Counted from the stretch's first letter, positions 10,520 to 21,402 are shown. The stretch is DNA of 32,000 nucleotides from Raphidiopsis brookii D9 (GCA_000175855.1 ACYB01000004.1:30001-62000), one strand, 5' to 3'. Program-made: numbers and translations. The notes: generated by a model not told the origin, from the letters alone.

Positions 10520-10757
10520 TTAAGGAAACACCTATCTCTGATGTAGCATTATCAAATGTGGAGCTTCTAGGTAATAACTCTCCATTGCGATTGTCAGCAG
10601 CCAGTATTTTATTATAATTGGAAGCAACGGCTAAAAATGATCCAGCCAAAATATGGATAGGTAAGGGTAAAGATAAGTTCCCTAACCAGTCAAAGGCCCA
10701 GCTAAACACCTCCGCTATAGCAAATAATAAGAAGAAGCATATCAACCAAACTATCAT
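10506..10757 (-). CDS. Small membrane protein, unknown function
   Basis: ATG at 10757: MIVWLICFFLLFAIAEVFSWAFDWLGNLSLPLPIHILAGSFLAVASNYNK. Same direction as the downstream kinase gene and abutting it. Confidence 0.6.
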   Translation of the reverse strand: MIVWLICFFLLFAIAEVFSWAFDWLGNLSLPLPIHILAGSFLAVASNYNKILAADNRNGELLPRSSTFDNATSEIGVSLIEHD

Positions 10758-10948
10758 TTTTTCTTCCCTAGGATGCAAACAACTAAACCTATGCTAAATC
10801 ATGGGGTCGAAATTGTGCAACATCAGTAAGCTTCCTCAGATCTCTTTCCAAGCGAATTAACAAGTCCGAGCGATCACTTTTCTCCATAGCTATGTGATCG
10901 GCAACTATGTTACCATAGTATTGGTTGTATTAAAGGAATTACGAGCTA

Positions 10949-11404
10949 ATGACTTACTTAATTGCCAAAAAATCCTTATATGAATCTGATTATTTAGATT
11001 GGATTCAAGAGACCATATCTAAACTAAAAGCTAGAGAATTTGACCATGTGGATATTGACAATTTAATAGAGGAGATTGAGGATTTGGGACGATCTTATCG
11101 AGATGAGTTGGAAAGTCGTTTAGACGTGTTGTTATCACATATTTTAAAGCGATTATATGTTCCCTTACCAAATGATTACAATGGTTGGGAAAGAACTATT
11201 AGAGAACAAAGGAAGCAAATGAAACGACCTTTAGCAAAGTCACCTAGTCTTAAAAATTATTTGCCGGAAATTTTTGACGAAATTTGGCAAGATGTACTTA
11301 AAGAAGTCCGAGAGGATTATCCACAGTATGAGTTTCCCGATTTATGGCAGTTTGATCGTGATATTGATACATTGTTAAACAACAGTTTCTGGCATTATGG
11401 TTAA
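10949..11404 (+). CDS. DUF29 family protein
   Basis: LYESDYLDWIQETISKLKAREFDHVDIDNLIEEIEDLGRSYRDELESRLDVLLSHILKRLYVP is characteristic of DUF29. Confidence 0.85.
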   Translation: MTYLIAKKSLYESDYLDWIQETISKLKAREFDHVDIDNLIEEIEDLGRSYRDELESRLDVLLSHILKRLYVPLPNDYNGWERTIREQRKQMKRPLAKSPSLKNYLPEIFDEIWQDVLKEVREDYPQYEFPDLWQFDRDIDTLLNNSFWHYG

Positions 11405-11456
11405 TTAACCACCTGTTCAGAAATGAAAGCAGTTTCTAACCTAATTTTCAGTCATT

Positions 11457-11942
11457 ATGAATCTTGAAGTTGGCATTATCATGGGTAGTGATTCCGATCT
11501 CCCTACCATGAAAGAAGCGATCGCCATTTGTGAGGAATTTTCCGTCAGCTACGAGGTAGCCATTGTTTCTGCCCATCGCACGCCTCTACGTATGGTAGAG
11601 TATGCCCAAACTGCCCATATAAGGGGATTAAAGGTAATTATTGCTGGAGCTGGTGGTGCGGCACATTTGCCAGGAATGGTAGCATCTTTAACTCCACTAC
11701 CAGTAATTGGTGTTCCTGTACCCACCCGTCATTTACAGGGAGTAGATTCTTTATACTCTATAGTGCAAATGCCAGCGGGTATACCTGTAGCTACGGTAGC
11801 TATAGGTGGTGCCAAAAATGCTGGTCTTTTGGCGGTGCAGATTCTCGCTACTTACAAACCAGACTTGTTAGTTAAGGTTCAAGCCTATCGCCAGTCTTTA
11901 TCAGATATGGTTATGGACAAACAAAATCGATTAAACTCATGA
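11457..11942 (+). CDS. purE: 5-(carboxyamino)imidazole ribonucleotide mutase
   Basis: [94 protein letters not shown]. Confidence 0.97.
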   Translation: MNLEVGIIMGSDSDLPTMKEAIAICEEFSVSYEVAIVSAHRTPLRMVEYAQTAHIRGLKVIIAGAGGAAHLPGMVASLTPLPVIGVPVPTRHLQGVDSLYSIVQMPAGIPVATVAIGGAKNAGLLAVQILATYKPDLLVKVQAYRQSLSDMVMDKQNRLNS

Positions 11943-12049
11943 CAATCAGAATCCTATTATATACTATATGAGAATTGTGTCCAGTGGGTAACTTACCCTG
12001 GTAGTCTAGATAGATGTGAATTTATCACCTGGTTTGACAAATTATTTTT

Positions 12050-13018
12050 ATGACCTCAGTTTCTAGCCCTTCACGCACCATTCGTATTGGTTCTCGCAAA
12101 AGTGAACTCGCCCTAGTGCAAACCTATTGGGTGCAAGAGCAACTACAGAAAAGCTATCCGGATATTGATTTTCAAGTTCATACCATGTCCACCCAGGGGG
12201 ATAAAATCCTGGATGTAGCACTGGCCAAAATTGGTGATAAGGGTTTATTTACCAAAGAACTGGAACTGGGAATGATCAATCAGGAAATTGATTTTGCCGT
12301 TCATTCTCTTAAGGATTTACCTACCAACTTGCCAGCAGGTTTGACCTTAGCAGCAATCACAGCACGAGAAAACCCAGCTGATGCAGTGGTATTCCACCAA
12401 AACCACCTGGGACAAACCCTGGATACCCTACCCCCAGGATCGGTAATTGGCACTTCCTCCCTCAGAAGACTGGCACAGTTGCGCCATAAATTCTCCCATT
12501 TTACCTTTAAAGATGTACGAGGTAATCTCAACACTCGTATGACCAAACTTGATGCAGGTGAATATGATGCTTTAATTCTGGCTGTTGCTGGTCTGGAAAG
12601 ACTCAATATGCACCATCGTATTCATCAAATTTTACCCCCGGATATTTCCCTTCATGCAGTTGGTCAAGGCGCTTTGGGTATAGAATGTCGAGAAAATGAC
12701 TCGGAATTAATTACCATTCTCAAAGCAATTGAACATCCACAAACACGCGATCGCTGTTTAGCTGAACGTTCTTTCTTGCGCTCTTTAGAAGGAGGTTGTC
12801 AAGTTCCCATTGGTGTAAACACAGAAATCGACGGAGAAAGTCTCACCCTAACGGGAATTGTTGCCAGTGTGAATGGTGAAAACTTGGTAAAAAATACAAT
12901 TACTGGTGCTGCTGCTGATGCGGAAAAATTAGGTACTCAGTTAGCAAACATTCTCAGGGAACAGGGAGCAACGGAAATTCTAGAGGAAATATTTACTCAA
13001 ATTCAACGCGGGTCTTGA
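12050..13018 (+). CDS. hemC: Hydroxymethylbilane synthase (porphobilinogen deaminase)
   Basis: [66 protein letters not shown] (dipyrromethane-cofactor Cys loop). Confidence 0.97.
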   Translation: MTSVSSPSRTIRIGSRKSELALVQTYWVQEQLQKSYPDIDFQVHTMSTQGDKILDVALAKIGDKGLFTKELELGMINQEIDFAVHSLKDLPTNLPAGLTLAAITARENPADAVVFHQNHLGQTLDTLPPGSVIGTSSLRRLAQLRHKFSHFTFKDVRGNLNTRMTKLDAGEYDALILAVAGLERLNMHHRIHQILPPDISLHAVGQGALGIECRENDSELITILKAIEHPQTRDRCLAERSFLRSLEGGCQVPIGVNTEIDGESLTLTGIVASVNGENLVKNTITGAAADAEKLGTQLANILREQGATEILEEIFTQIQRGS

Positions 13019-13159
13019 AGACTGGGTAAACCTTTCATAGGAGAATAGAAACAGAGCTAGAAATAGCCATTTACTATGGTTCCTATTGAAATGAGAAACA
13101 ATACTCAAACCTTCTTATTAACCCTCTACGACTAAACAATCACCAAATACCAATTAATT

Positions 13160-14563
13160 ATGCGAATCTTATTTGTAGCGGCAGAGGCTGCCCCTATTGC
13201 TAAAGCGGGAGGCATGGGTGATGTTGTAGGTGCATTACCAAAATTCCTCAGACAAATGGGACATGATGTAAGGATCTTCCTACCCTACTATGGCTTTTTG
13301 CCAGATAAGGTGGAAATTCCCCAGGAGCCTGTGTGGAAAGGCTTTGCCATGTTTCAAGACTTTTCTGTCTATGAAACCATTCTACCAGGAACAGATGTTC
13401 CCTTGTACCTGTTTGGACATTCATCTTTTCTACCTCGGCGTATCTATTCAGGAGAAGATGAAGACTGGCGGTTCACCTTATTTGCTAATGGAGCTGCGGA
13501 ATTTGCCTGGAATTACTGGAAACCAGAAATAATTCACTGTCATGATTGGCATACAGGCATGATTCCCGTGTGGATGCACCAGGATCCGGATATAACTACG
13601 GTTTTTACCATTCACAACTTAGCCTATCAAGGTCCGTGGCGGTGGTATCTAGATAAAATTACTTGGTGTCCTTGGTATATGGAAGGACATAATACCATGG
13701 CCGCAGCCGTACAATATGCGGATAGAGTTAATACGGTTTCGCCAACTTATGCAGAACAAATCAAAACTGCTACCTATGGTGAGCAAATAGAGGGATTGTT
13801 ATCTTTTATCAGTGGTAAATTATCAGGGATTATCAATGGTATAGACACGGAACTGTATAATCCAGCTAATGATAAATATATAACTCAAACCTTTAATACC
13901 AATAGCTTAGACAAACGTAGAGCTAATAAAATTGCCCTGCAAGAGGAAATGGGTCTAGAGGTTAACTCCAATGCCTTTTTAATGGGCATGGTCAGTAGAT
14001 TGGTAGAGCAAAAGGGTTTGGATTTAATCATCCAAATGCTTGACCGGTTTATGGCCTACACAGATGCTCAATTTGTACTCTTAGGAACAGGCGATCGCTA
14101 TTACGAAACCCAAATGTGGCAGTTAGCATCTCGTTACTCTGGGCGGATAGCAACCTACCTACTGTATAATGATGCTCTTTCTCGTCGTATTTATGCAGGG
14201 ACTGATGCGTTCCTCATGCCCAGTCGTTTTGAGCCTTGTGGTATTAGTCAAATGATGGCTTTGCGCTATGGTTCAGTTCCCATTGTGCGTCGTACAGGAG
14301 GACTGGTTGACACTGTGACCCATCATGATCCCATAAATCAAGCAGGTACAGGGTATTGTTTTGATCGTTATGAACCCTTAGATCTGTTTACTTGTATGAT
14401 TCGTGCCTGGGAAGGTTTTCGTTACAAACCTCAGTGGCAAGAACTACAAAAACGTGGTATGAGTCAAAACTTTAGTTGGTATGAATCCGCCAAAAAGTAT
14501 GAAGACCTATATCGTTCTATTTATGGGTTACCACCACTGGAATTAGAACTGAAAGCAGCTTAG
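13160..14563 (+). CDS. glgA: Glycogen (starch) synthase, GT5 family
   Basis: [88 protein letters not shown]. Confidence 0.96.
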   Translation: MRILFVAAEAAPIAKAGGMGDVVGALPKFLRQMGHDVRIFLPYYGFLPDKVEIPQEPVWKGFAMFQDFSVYETILPGTDVPLYLFGHSSFLPRRIYSGEDEDWRFTLFANGAAEFAWNYWKPEIIHCHDWHTGMIPVWMHQDPDITTVFTIHNLAYQGPWRWYLDKITWCPWYMEGHNTMAAAVQYADRVNTVSPTYAEQIKTATYGEQIEGLLSFISGKLSGIINGIDTELYNPANDKYITQTFNTNSLDKRRANKIALQEEMGLEVNSNAFLMGMVSRLVEQKGLDLIIQMLDRFMAYTDAQFVLLGTGDRYYETQMWQLASRYSGRIATYLLYNDALSRRIYAGTDAFLMPSRFEPCGISQMMALRYGSVPIVRRTGGLVDTVTHHDPINQAGTGYCFDRYEPLDLFTCMIRAWEGFRYKPQWQELQKRGMSQNFSWYESAKKYEDLYRSIYGLPPLELELKAA

Positions 14564-14603
14564 GCAAATTGAATATAGATTGTTAACTTTTGCCAGCTCC
14601 GAC

Positions 14604-14635
14604 TTTGGCACGGAAGTGCTTCCGTTTGAGCCAAA
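14604..14635. other. Strong intergenic hairpin downstream of glgA
   Basis: TTTGGC-ACGGAA-GTGC-TTCCGT-TTGA-GCCAAA: inner 6-bp stem ACGGAA/TTCCGT with a 4-nt loop, outer 6-bp stem TTTGGC/GCCAAA, 4-nt 3' bulge. No T-tract. Confidence 0.6.
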
Positions 14636-14730
14636 TATGCCGAAAGTAGGTTGTACAGTAGTTAATGTAGTTCAAAAACCGGACTTATTCTGGCTTGGCC
14701 TCAAAAACAAAAGTTCAGCAAGGTTTAGCG

Positions 14731-16227
14731 ATGTTAACTTCATCAGAAACTCCTATAATTGCGGCTGTAATATTAGTCGCTTTCGGTATTTTGGCTTGGG
14801 GCTTTTACCGTTCCAGATCCTTTGGCAAACTGGGGATCCTGGCTTGGTTGCAATCTGTTGTCTTAATGGCTCCGTGGTTGGTGTTCTTTGGTCTGTTTGC
14901 GGTTGGAATTTATATCAATATAGCAGGTGTGCTGTTATTACTTGTTGTTTCAACAAGTATATATATCTTCTTAGGTTGGCAGTTACGAAAAGCTGGTCAA
15001 GATGTAATTCTCAAAACAAAGGCCACAGAAAGAATTGCCAGCGAAACTTCACCAGCAGTAAGTCAGACAGAAAATGGCGACTCACCAGTGGTCATTGCCC
15101 AGGTCAAACTCGAGCCCATAACCATCCCAGAAGAAGATTTAAACACCATCAAGGGGATTTTTGGCATTGATACATTCTTTGCTACGGAAACCATTCCCTA
15201 TCAGGAAGGAGCAGTTTTTAAAGGTAACCTACGGGGTGATGCACAAGAGGTTCATAAGCGACTGACTAAAAATTTAGCAGGACAATTAGGAGACAAATAC
15301 CGTCTTTTTTTAGTAGAGAACACGGATGGTAAACCCGTAGTAATCATTTTACCCAGTCGTAGCGATCCACGACCCATGCAGTTAGGACAAAAGGTATTTG
15401 CTGGAATTTTATTACTGGCAACCATTGCGACCAGTTTGGAAGCTGGGGGTTTGCTGTTGAATTTCGACTTATTTACCACCCCATCACGCATTACGGAAGC
15501 TCTACCCATAGCTGTGGGAATATTGGCAATTTTGGTAGCTCATGAACTGGGACATTGGTTATTTGCCAAAAAACATCAAGTTCAACTGACCTGGCCTTTT
15601 TTCTTACCAGCGGTGCAAATTGGTTCCTTTGGAGCAATTACTCGCTTTGGGTCCCTCCTACCTGACCGTAAGGCTTTATTTGATATTGCTTTAGCAGGTC
15701 CTGGCTTTGGTGGTCTGGTCTCCCTGGTAATGTTGGTGACCGGGTTATTACTTTCCCACCCTGGGAGTTTATTTCAAATACCTAATAAATTCTTCCAGGG
15801 TTCAATTCTAGTGGGTAGTTTAGCACGAGTGATTTTAGGATCCACCCTACAAGCGCCCATAGTTAATATTCATCCTCTGGTGATTATTGGTTGGTTAGGA
15901 CTGATCATCACAGCTTTAAACCTAATGCCAGCAGGACAACTGGATGGGGGGCGTATTGTTCAGGCAATTTATGGACGTAAAACTGCACGGACAACCACAA
16001 TTGCCACCCTAGTGGTTTTAGCCTTGGTTTCTTTAGGTAATACCATGGCTTTTTATTGGGCAATTGTGATTTTCTTTTTGCAACGGGATGCGGAACGTCC
16101 CAGTTTAAATGAAATTACCGAACCTGATGATGCAAGAGCAGCTTTAGGTCTTTTGGCTTTGTTTTTAATGATTAGTACCCTCTTACCCCTCACCCCTGCT
16201 CTAGCTGGAAAATTGGGAATAGGCTAG
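14731..16227 (+). CDS. Site-2 protease family (M50) membrane metalloprotease
   Basis: HELGHWLFAKKHQVQLTWPFFLPAVQIGSFGAITRFGSLLPDRKALFDIALAGP and LNLMPAGQLDGGRIVQAIYG. The track start at 14695 is a TTG; the ATG is at 14731. Confidence 0.9.
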   Translation: MLTSSETPIIAAVILVAFGILAWGFYRSRSFGKLGILAWLQSVVLMAPWLVFFGLFAVGIYINIAGVLLLLVVSTSIYIFLGWQLRKAGQDVILKTKATERIASETSPAVSQTENGDSPVVIAQVKLEPITIPEEDLNTIKGIFGIDTFFATETIPYQEGAVFKGNLRGDAQEVHKRLTKNLAGQLGDKYRLFLVENTDGKPVVIILPSRSDPRPMQLGQKVFAGILLLATIATSLEAGGLLLNFDLFTTPSRITEALPIAVGILAILVAHELGHWLFAKKHQVQLTWPFFLPAVQIGSFGAITRFGSLLPDRKALFDIALAGPGFGGLVSLVMLVTGLLLSHPGSLFQIPNKFFQGSILVGSLARVILGSTLQAPIVNIHPLVIIGWLGLIITALNLMPAGQLDGGRIVQAIYGRKTARTTTIATLVVLALVSLGNTMAFYWAIVIFFLQRDAERPSLNEITEPDDARAALGLLALFLMISTLLPLTPALAGKLGIG

Positions 16228-16241
16228 TAATTTAGGGTAAT

Positions 16242-17318
16242 TTAGGTGTTCCTTTGAACAGTCCTGGGAAATAGTTTTTGAAAACTAGCTTGTCGTTTAG
16301 CAACTGTTTCTTCACTCATGTTCCATAGGGTTTCATAAAAGAAGAAAGCAACCCCGGCAAAATTGCGATCGCGCGTTTTTTTTACCTGGGTTGCAATCTG
16401 CTCCATGGGAACGGAACGATTTTTTAAACCGGTTAAAATTCCTATGCTCACGGGTATATGTTTTTGGGCAGCTTTTACTTCTGGGTATTCTAATTCACTG
16501 ATAAAAACCTTTAAATCATCTCTATATACTTGTAATACCAGTTCTTCTATTAATCCCATCTGTTCCCATTTTTGCCAGTCTGCTAAATAATATTCGTAGG
16601 AAAATCTTTGGGGATTGGGTGCAACAGAAACTAGACAGTTCTTTTTTGTTGGCTTTAATGGCAAAAAATACTCGCTTCATCAAGTTAGTAATTTTATCTG
16701 CTCTCCACTTTACCCATTCTGGATCTTGGAAATTTTCAGACGGTGCTTTCCCTTGGTGTTCCTGTTTGTATAACCCTACAGTATAAGAGTCATATCCCAG
16801 TTCCGAAGGCAATCCAAAATGATCGTCAAACTGAATACCGTCAATGTCATAATTTCTGACGATTTCTACAATTAAATTCTCCATGAATTTTTGCACCTCG
16901 GGATGAAATGGATTTAACCACACTCGGTCATGTATCCCTTCTTTTACGATTTTAGTACCGTCCCTGCGGGTAGTAATCCATTCTGGTCTTGCTTGGGCTA
17001 GTAGGGAATCAGCAGGAGCCATAAAGCCAAATTCAAACCAAGGAATAACTGTTAGACCTTGTTTATGTCCTTGAGTAGTTATTTCCCTCAGTATATCTCG
17101 GTTTTCAACCCTGGTGTGGGGTCTAAGGATTTCCCAATCACCCTACTGGCTATTTGGCTGGGATAAAGTGTATAACCCCAATTCCAGACTGTGGGGTAGA
17201 CTGTATTAAAGTTCAACTTTCCCAGAGTTTTGAGTGATCTTTTTAGTCGCTCCCTGGCAAATAAAACATCACTGTCAATATTGGTTAACCACACACCTCT
17301 TGACTCCGATATTCCCAT
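16242..17318 (-). pseudogene. GH10-like/DUF187-type glycosyl hydrolase family gene, split into three reading frames by two frameshifts
   Basis: Fragment 1 MGISESRGVWLTNIDSDVLFARERLKRSLKTLGKLNFNTVYPTVWNWGYTLYPS..SLDPTPGL shifts near 17107. Fragment 2 RDILREITTQGHKQGLTVIPWFEFGFMAPADSLLAQARPEW..LNPFHPEVQKFMENLIVEIVRNYDIDGIQFDDHFGLP shifts at the T6 run 16642-16647. Fragment 3 KKNCLVSVAPNPQRFSYEYYLADWQKWEQMGLIEELVLQVYRDD completes it. Confidence 0.8.
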
Positions 17319-17544
17319 CTTTCCCAATCTTTTTTCTTTGGGAAACAACTATTTCCGCTCTCAAAGTTAAGGATGATATCAATACTATCATCATACTGAT
17401 GCTAAAGATAAACACCAGTAACCCTGACTTTAGCTGCTTATTCACATTACACCTACTAAAAAATAATAAAGTAAAAAATCAGTTAAATTTTCCGGATGAG
17501 CCAAAAATTCCAAGTTTACTGTTATACCTAATTATATAGGCGTT

Positions 17545-17931
17545 ATGAATATCAAGCTCGACAAATATACCCCTAGCAGTCTGGCCTCTTTATTTATCCT
17601 GCTGATGGAGGGGGGAATAACACCAAATCAAATTATGTCTGGTATTGTTCTTCTTGCCATCCAGAATTATGAATTAGAAGGCACTATGTTTTCTGCTAAC
17701 TGTTTACATTTTCTAATGAAAGCCATACCAGTGGATACAACAGCAACAGGTGTGACCGAATTTATTTTATCTTTGGCGAATGAGTCTATTAACATTGGTA
17801 TGTTATTAGACGCTTTTGCTTTCGCTTGTCAAAAGCAAGGTTCACGCAATATTGCCAGCTTAGTTAGTTTAACTTATCAGAGATTAGAAGCTGATAGAGT
17901 TATCTCTCAATTAATTAATGATCAATTGTAG
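17545..17931 (+). CDS. Hypothetical protein, 128 aa
   Basis: Clean ATG-started ORF MNIKLDKYTPSSLASLFILLMEGGITPNQIMSGIVLLAIQNYELEG.., followed by a terminator-like hairpin. No family recognised. Confidence 0.6.
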   Translation: MNIKLDKYTPSSLASLFILLMEGGITPNQIMSGIVLLAIQNYELEGTMFSANCLHFLMKAIPVDTTATGVTEFILSLANESINIGMLLDAFAFACQKQGSRNIASLVSLTYQRLEADRVISQLINDQL

Positions 17932-17981
17932 TGAGTTTCTGAGAAAAAATGCTAGTCCGTCTGAAGATTGCATAGGTTAAC

Positions 17982-18007
17982 GGGGTGCCAAGAAGCGCCC
18001 CCATTTT
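17982..18007 (+). terminator. Rho-independent terminator-like hairpin
   Basis: GGGGTGC(17982-17988) CAAGAA GCGCCCC(17995-18001), 7-bp stem with one G:U pair, followed by CATTTTT. Confidence 0.6.
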
Positions 18008-18112
18008 TGTTCAATGCTGGAAATTAGCAGGTTGGCGATGATATTATGATATAATAAGTAGTGTTTTTAGAGCTTCTAAATATAAGATATTTGTTAGTAT
18101 TAGCCAATCTCA

Positions 18113-19445
18113 ATGAATAAAAGACTGAAGATAATTGTTTTAGATGATGATCCCACAGGTTCCCAAACGGTTCACAGTTGTCTACTGCTCATGCAATGGG
18201 ATGTGGAAACTCTCCGTTTAGGTCTCAAGGATCATGCCCCTATTTTCTTTTGTTTTGACCAACACCCGCTCCCTTACCCCAGAAGCAGCGGATAGAACCA
18301 CTCGAGAGGTGTGTCATAACCTAAAAATTGCCCTAGCACAAGAAAATATCGAAGATTTTCTGGTGGTAAGTCGTTCCGACTCCACATTGCGTGGTCATTA
18401 TCCCATAGAAACGGATGTGATAGCTGAGGAACTAGGACCCTTCGATGCCCATTTTCTGATTCCGGCATTTTTTGAAGGTGGTAGAATCACTCGTGATGCC
18501 ATCCATTACCTAATTATTGATGGTATTCCCACCCCCGTACATGAAACGGAATTTGCCCGTGATTCAGTATTTGGTTATAATTATAGTTATCTACCTAAAT
18601 ATGTTGAGGAAAAAACTCAAGGGCGAATACCAGAAAGTGCAGTCACTAAATTTACCCTGGAAGATATCCGTCAGGGGAGTTTGAACAGATTATTAACACT
18701 ACACAATAATCAGTGTGGAGTAGTTGACGGAGAAAGTCAGGAAGACCTGAACATGTTTGCGAGGGATATATTAACCGCTGCTACTGGGGGTAAACGCTTT
18801 CTGTTCCGTTCCGCTGCCAGTATATTAACCGCTTTAGCAAATTTGCCTCCCCAACCCATCGCCCCAGAAAATATGGCTAAGTGCGTGCGCGGTGGTAAGC
18901 CAGGAGTAGTAATTGTGGGGTCCCACGTGAAAAAAACCACCCAACAATTGGAGTCATTGCTAAAAATTCCTCAAACGGTGGGAATAGAGGTGAATGTGGC
19001 CAAACTCCTCTATGAATCGGTAAATGAATCTGGCGAACTTTTGGAAATTCTGCAGCAGGTAGAACAAGTACATCATGCGGGTAAAATACCGGTGGTTTAC
19101 ACCAGTCGTCAAGAATTGACCTTTCCAGATGTCAAAACCAGGTTAGACTTTGGCATTAGGGTTTCAGCGTTATTAATGGATATTGTCAGGGGACTGCCCA
19201 AAGACATAGGATTTCTCATCAGTAAAGGGGGTATAACTTCCAATGATGTTTTGAGCACGGGACTCTCCCTGACTTCTGCTAGGTTATTGGGTCAAATCTT
19301 ACCCGGTTGCTCTATGGTAACCACACCATCTGATCATCCTCATTTCCCCCTTCTACCAGTAGTATTATTTCCAGGTAATGTGGGTAATACGGATGCCTTA
19401 GCTACAATTTGCCAACGACTAACCATTAGTAATCCAGTCAAGTAA
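18113..19445 (+). pseudogene. Four-carbon acid sugar kinase family (DUF1537) gene, split by one frameshift near 18248-18251
   Basis: N-terminus MNKRLKIIVLDDDPTGSQTVHSCLLLMQWDVETLRLGLKDHAPIFF (18113..) continues in the +1 frame as FVLTNTRSLTPEAADRTTREVCHNLK..VVSRSDSTLRGHYPIETDVIAEELG..LISKGGITSNDVL..VLFPGNVGNTDALATICQRL (..19445). Removing one T from TTTT at the junction restores the frame. Confidence 0.85.
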
Positions 19446-19578
19446 TTGGGAATTGGGGATGGATACTGGGTAGTTAGCAGTGCAAAAATACAAAAAAAAC
19501 TGTCACCTATGAATAAAAACTATGAATTATCATGTTGGCAAGTCGGTAGCAAATTTGGAACCAGAGTCAGGTCATGTT

Positions 19579-20418
19579 ATGAACAATATAGAGGTTAGTC
19601 CCCCGCAGAGGACTGAGTTGAATAGGGAGTCAATAGATGAGAACAGTCTTCCATCAGACTCACCCAACTACAGCATTAATCACAATATAAACCACAATGT
19701 TCAAGTCCAGATAAAAACAGAAGATGGTAAAATACTATTAATCTTGCCTACCGAATCCCAAGCACCAGCTAGTATGTTTACCTGGTCAGATATTTGGCAA
19801 CAAATCCAACAGCGTCTTAAAGGTGGCGATCGCCTGCGTCAGCCTAATAGTGTATTACATTTAGTGGCAAAAGACCGCTTATTAGATAGTAGGCAGTTAC
19901 AACAAATGAAGGACACCTTAAATGAGATGCAACTGGAATTAAAACTAGTAGTTACCAGTAGGAGACAAACTGCGATCGCTGCTTGTACCATAGGATGTTC
20001 TGTTGAGCAGACGAAAATACAAACATCCTTTGGTAATGACAGCCAAGAAAATCCGAAAGCCCTAGCAGATGCGTTGTATTTGGAAACAACTATCAGATCT
20101 GGGGGGGAAATTCGCCATCCTGGAACAGTAGTTATTTTAGGAGACATCAATCCTGGTGGTATTGTAATTGCGGAGGGGGATATTATGGTGTGGGGGCGTT
20201 TACGAGGGGTGGCCCATGCTGGTGCAGGGGGAAATAGGGAATCTTTAATCATGGCCCTGCAAATGGAGCCAACTCAAATCAGAATTGCCGATGCTTTAGC
20301 CAGGTCTCCGGAAAAATCACTAACTAGCTTTTTTCCAGAGGTTGCGTATATCACTAATAATGGTATTCGTATTGCCAGAGCTACCAGTTTTTCCAGGAAT
20401 CAGCTAAGTAAAATATAG
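19579..20418 (+). CDS. minC: Septum site-determining protein MinC
   Basis: C-terminal MinC beta-helix: TTIRSGGEIRHPGTVVILGDINPGGIVIAEGDIMVWGRLRGVAHAGAGGNRESLIMALQMEPTQIRIADALAR. It directly precedes minD and minE. ATG at 19579 preferred over 19522. Confidence 0.93.
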   Translation: MNNIEVSPPQRTELNRESIDENSLPSDSPNYSINHNINHNVQVQIKTEDGKILLILPTESQAPASMFTWSDIWQQIQQRLKGGDRLRQPNSVLHLVAKDRLLDSRQLQQMKDTLNEMQLELKLVVTSRRQTAIAACTIGCSVEQTKIQTSFGNDSQENPKALADALYLETTIRSGGEIRHPGTVVILGDINPGGIVIAEGDIMVWGRLRGVAHAGAGGNRESLIMALQMEPTQIRIADALARSPEKSLTSFFPEVAYITNNGIRIARATSFSRNQLSKI

Positions 20419-20604
20419 CTTTAGCCAGAAAGTTAACATAGCTCAAAAACCTGAGGATGAATCTAGAGGTCATCCACCTATTCAACTTAATATTTAGAAT
20501 ATTTAGCTTAATATATTAGTTTAATATTTAGATTTAGCCTAGTTTTTAACCTAAATATTGATTGACTACTGTTGCTGCCTAACTCAATTAAATCCGTTGC
20601 TATC

Positions 20605-21402
20605 ATGAGTCGTATTATTGTGACTACCTCCGGTAAGGGAGGAGTGGGTAAAACCACAGTTTCCGCAAATCTAGGCATGGCCTTAGCCAAAACTGGGCGA
20701 AAGGTGGCCCTGGTGGATGCGGATTTTGGACTGAGAAATTTAGACCTGTTATTAGGACTAGAAAACCGCATAGTTTATACAGCACTGGAAGTTCTAGGGG
20801 GAGAATGTCGTCTAGAACAAGCTTTAGTGAAGGATAAGCGACAACCAAATCTGGTGTTGCTCCCAGCAGCTCAAAATCGTACTAAAGATGCTGTTACACC
20901 AGAGCAAATGAAATTGCTAGTTGATGAACTGGCGCAAAAATATGAGTATGTGTTGATAGACAGTCCAGCAGGGATTGAAATGGGGTTCAAAAACGCTATT
21001 AATGCTGCTCGAGAAGCTCTTATTGTCACCACACCGGAAATTTCTTCCGTTCGAGATGCTGACCGCGTGGTGGGACTACTAGAAGCACAGGATATTAAAA
21101 AAATTCATTTAATAGTGAACCGGATTAGACCAGCAATGGTGAGAGCTAATGATATGATGTCGGTGGAGGATGTACAAGAAATTCTTGCTATTCCCCTAAT
21201 CGGAGTTGTTCCCGATGACGAACGTGTAATAGTCTCTACCAACAGGGGGGAACCCTTGGTGTTGTCAGAAACACCCTCCTTGGCCGCTGTAGCATTCGAA
21301 AACATTGCCCGCAGATTGCAAGGGGGAACCGTGGAATTTCTCGATCTTGATTCGGGCAATGACAACATCTTATTGCGCTTGCGTAAATTGTTGTGGAAAT
21401 AA
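20605..21402 (+). CDS. minD: Septum site-determining ATPase MinD
   Basis: MSRIIVTTSGKGGVGKTTVSANLGMALAKTGRKVALVDADFGLRNLDLLLGLENRIVYT and the amphipathic C-terminal helix NILLRLRKLLWK. Confidence 0.97.
   Translation: MSRIIVTTSGKGGVGKTTVSANLGMALAKTGRKVALVDADFGLRNLDLLLGLENRIVYTALEVLGGECRLEQALVKDKRQPNLVLLPAAQNRTKDAVTPEQMKLLVDELAQKYEYVLIDSPAGIEMGFKNAINAAREALIVTTPEISSVRDADRVVGLLEAQDIKKIHLIVNRIRPAMVRANDMMSVEDVQEILAIPLIGVVPDDERVIVSTNRGEPLVLSETPSLAAVAFENIARRLQGGTVEFLDLDSGNDNILLRLRKLLWK

Noticed and set aside
12301-12606. Minus-strand ORF inside hemC
   Set aside because: Antisense shadow ORF of a strongly supported gene. The same holds for the ORFs within ispH, amt, minC, minD, glmM and tkt.
14580-15170. 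196-aa plus-strand ORF
   Set aside because: It overlaps the well-supported M50 protease ORF (14731..16227) in another frame. The protein is Cys/Asn/Arg-rich nonsense with no family signal.
17234-17539. 101-aa plus-strand ORF
   Set aside because: Antisense to the start of the glycosyl-hydrolase-like gene and then AT-rich intergenic DNA. The lysine/isoleucine/asparagine tail looks non-coding.
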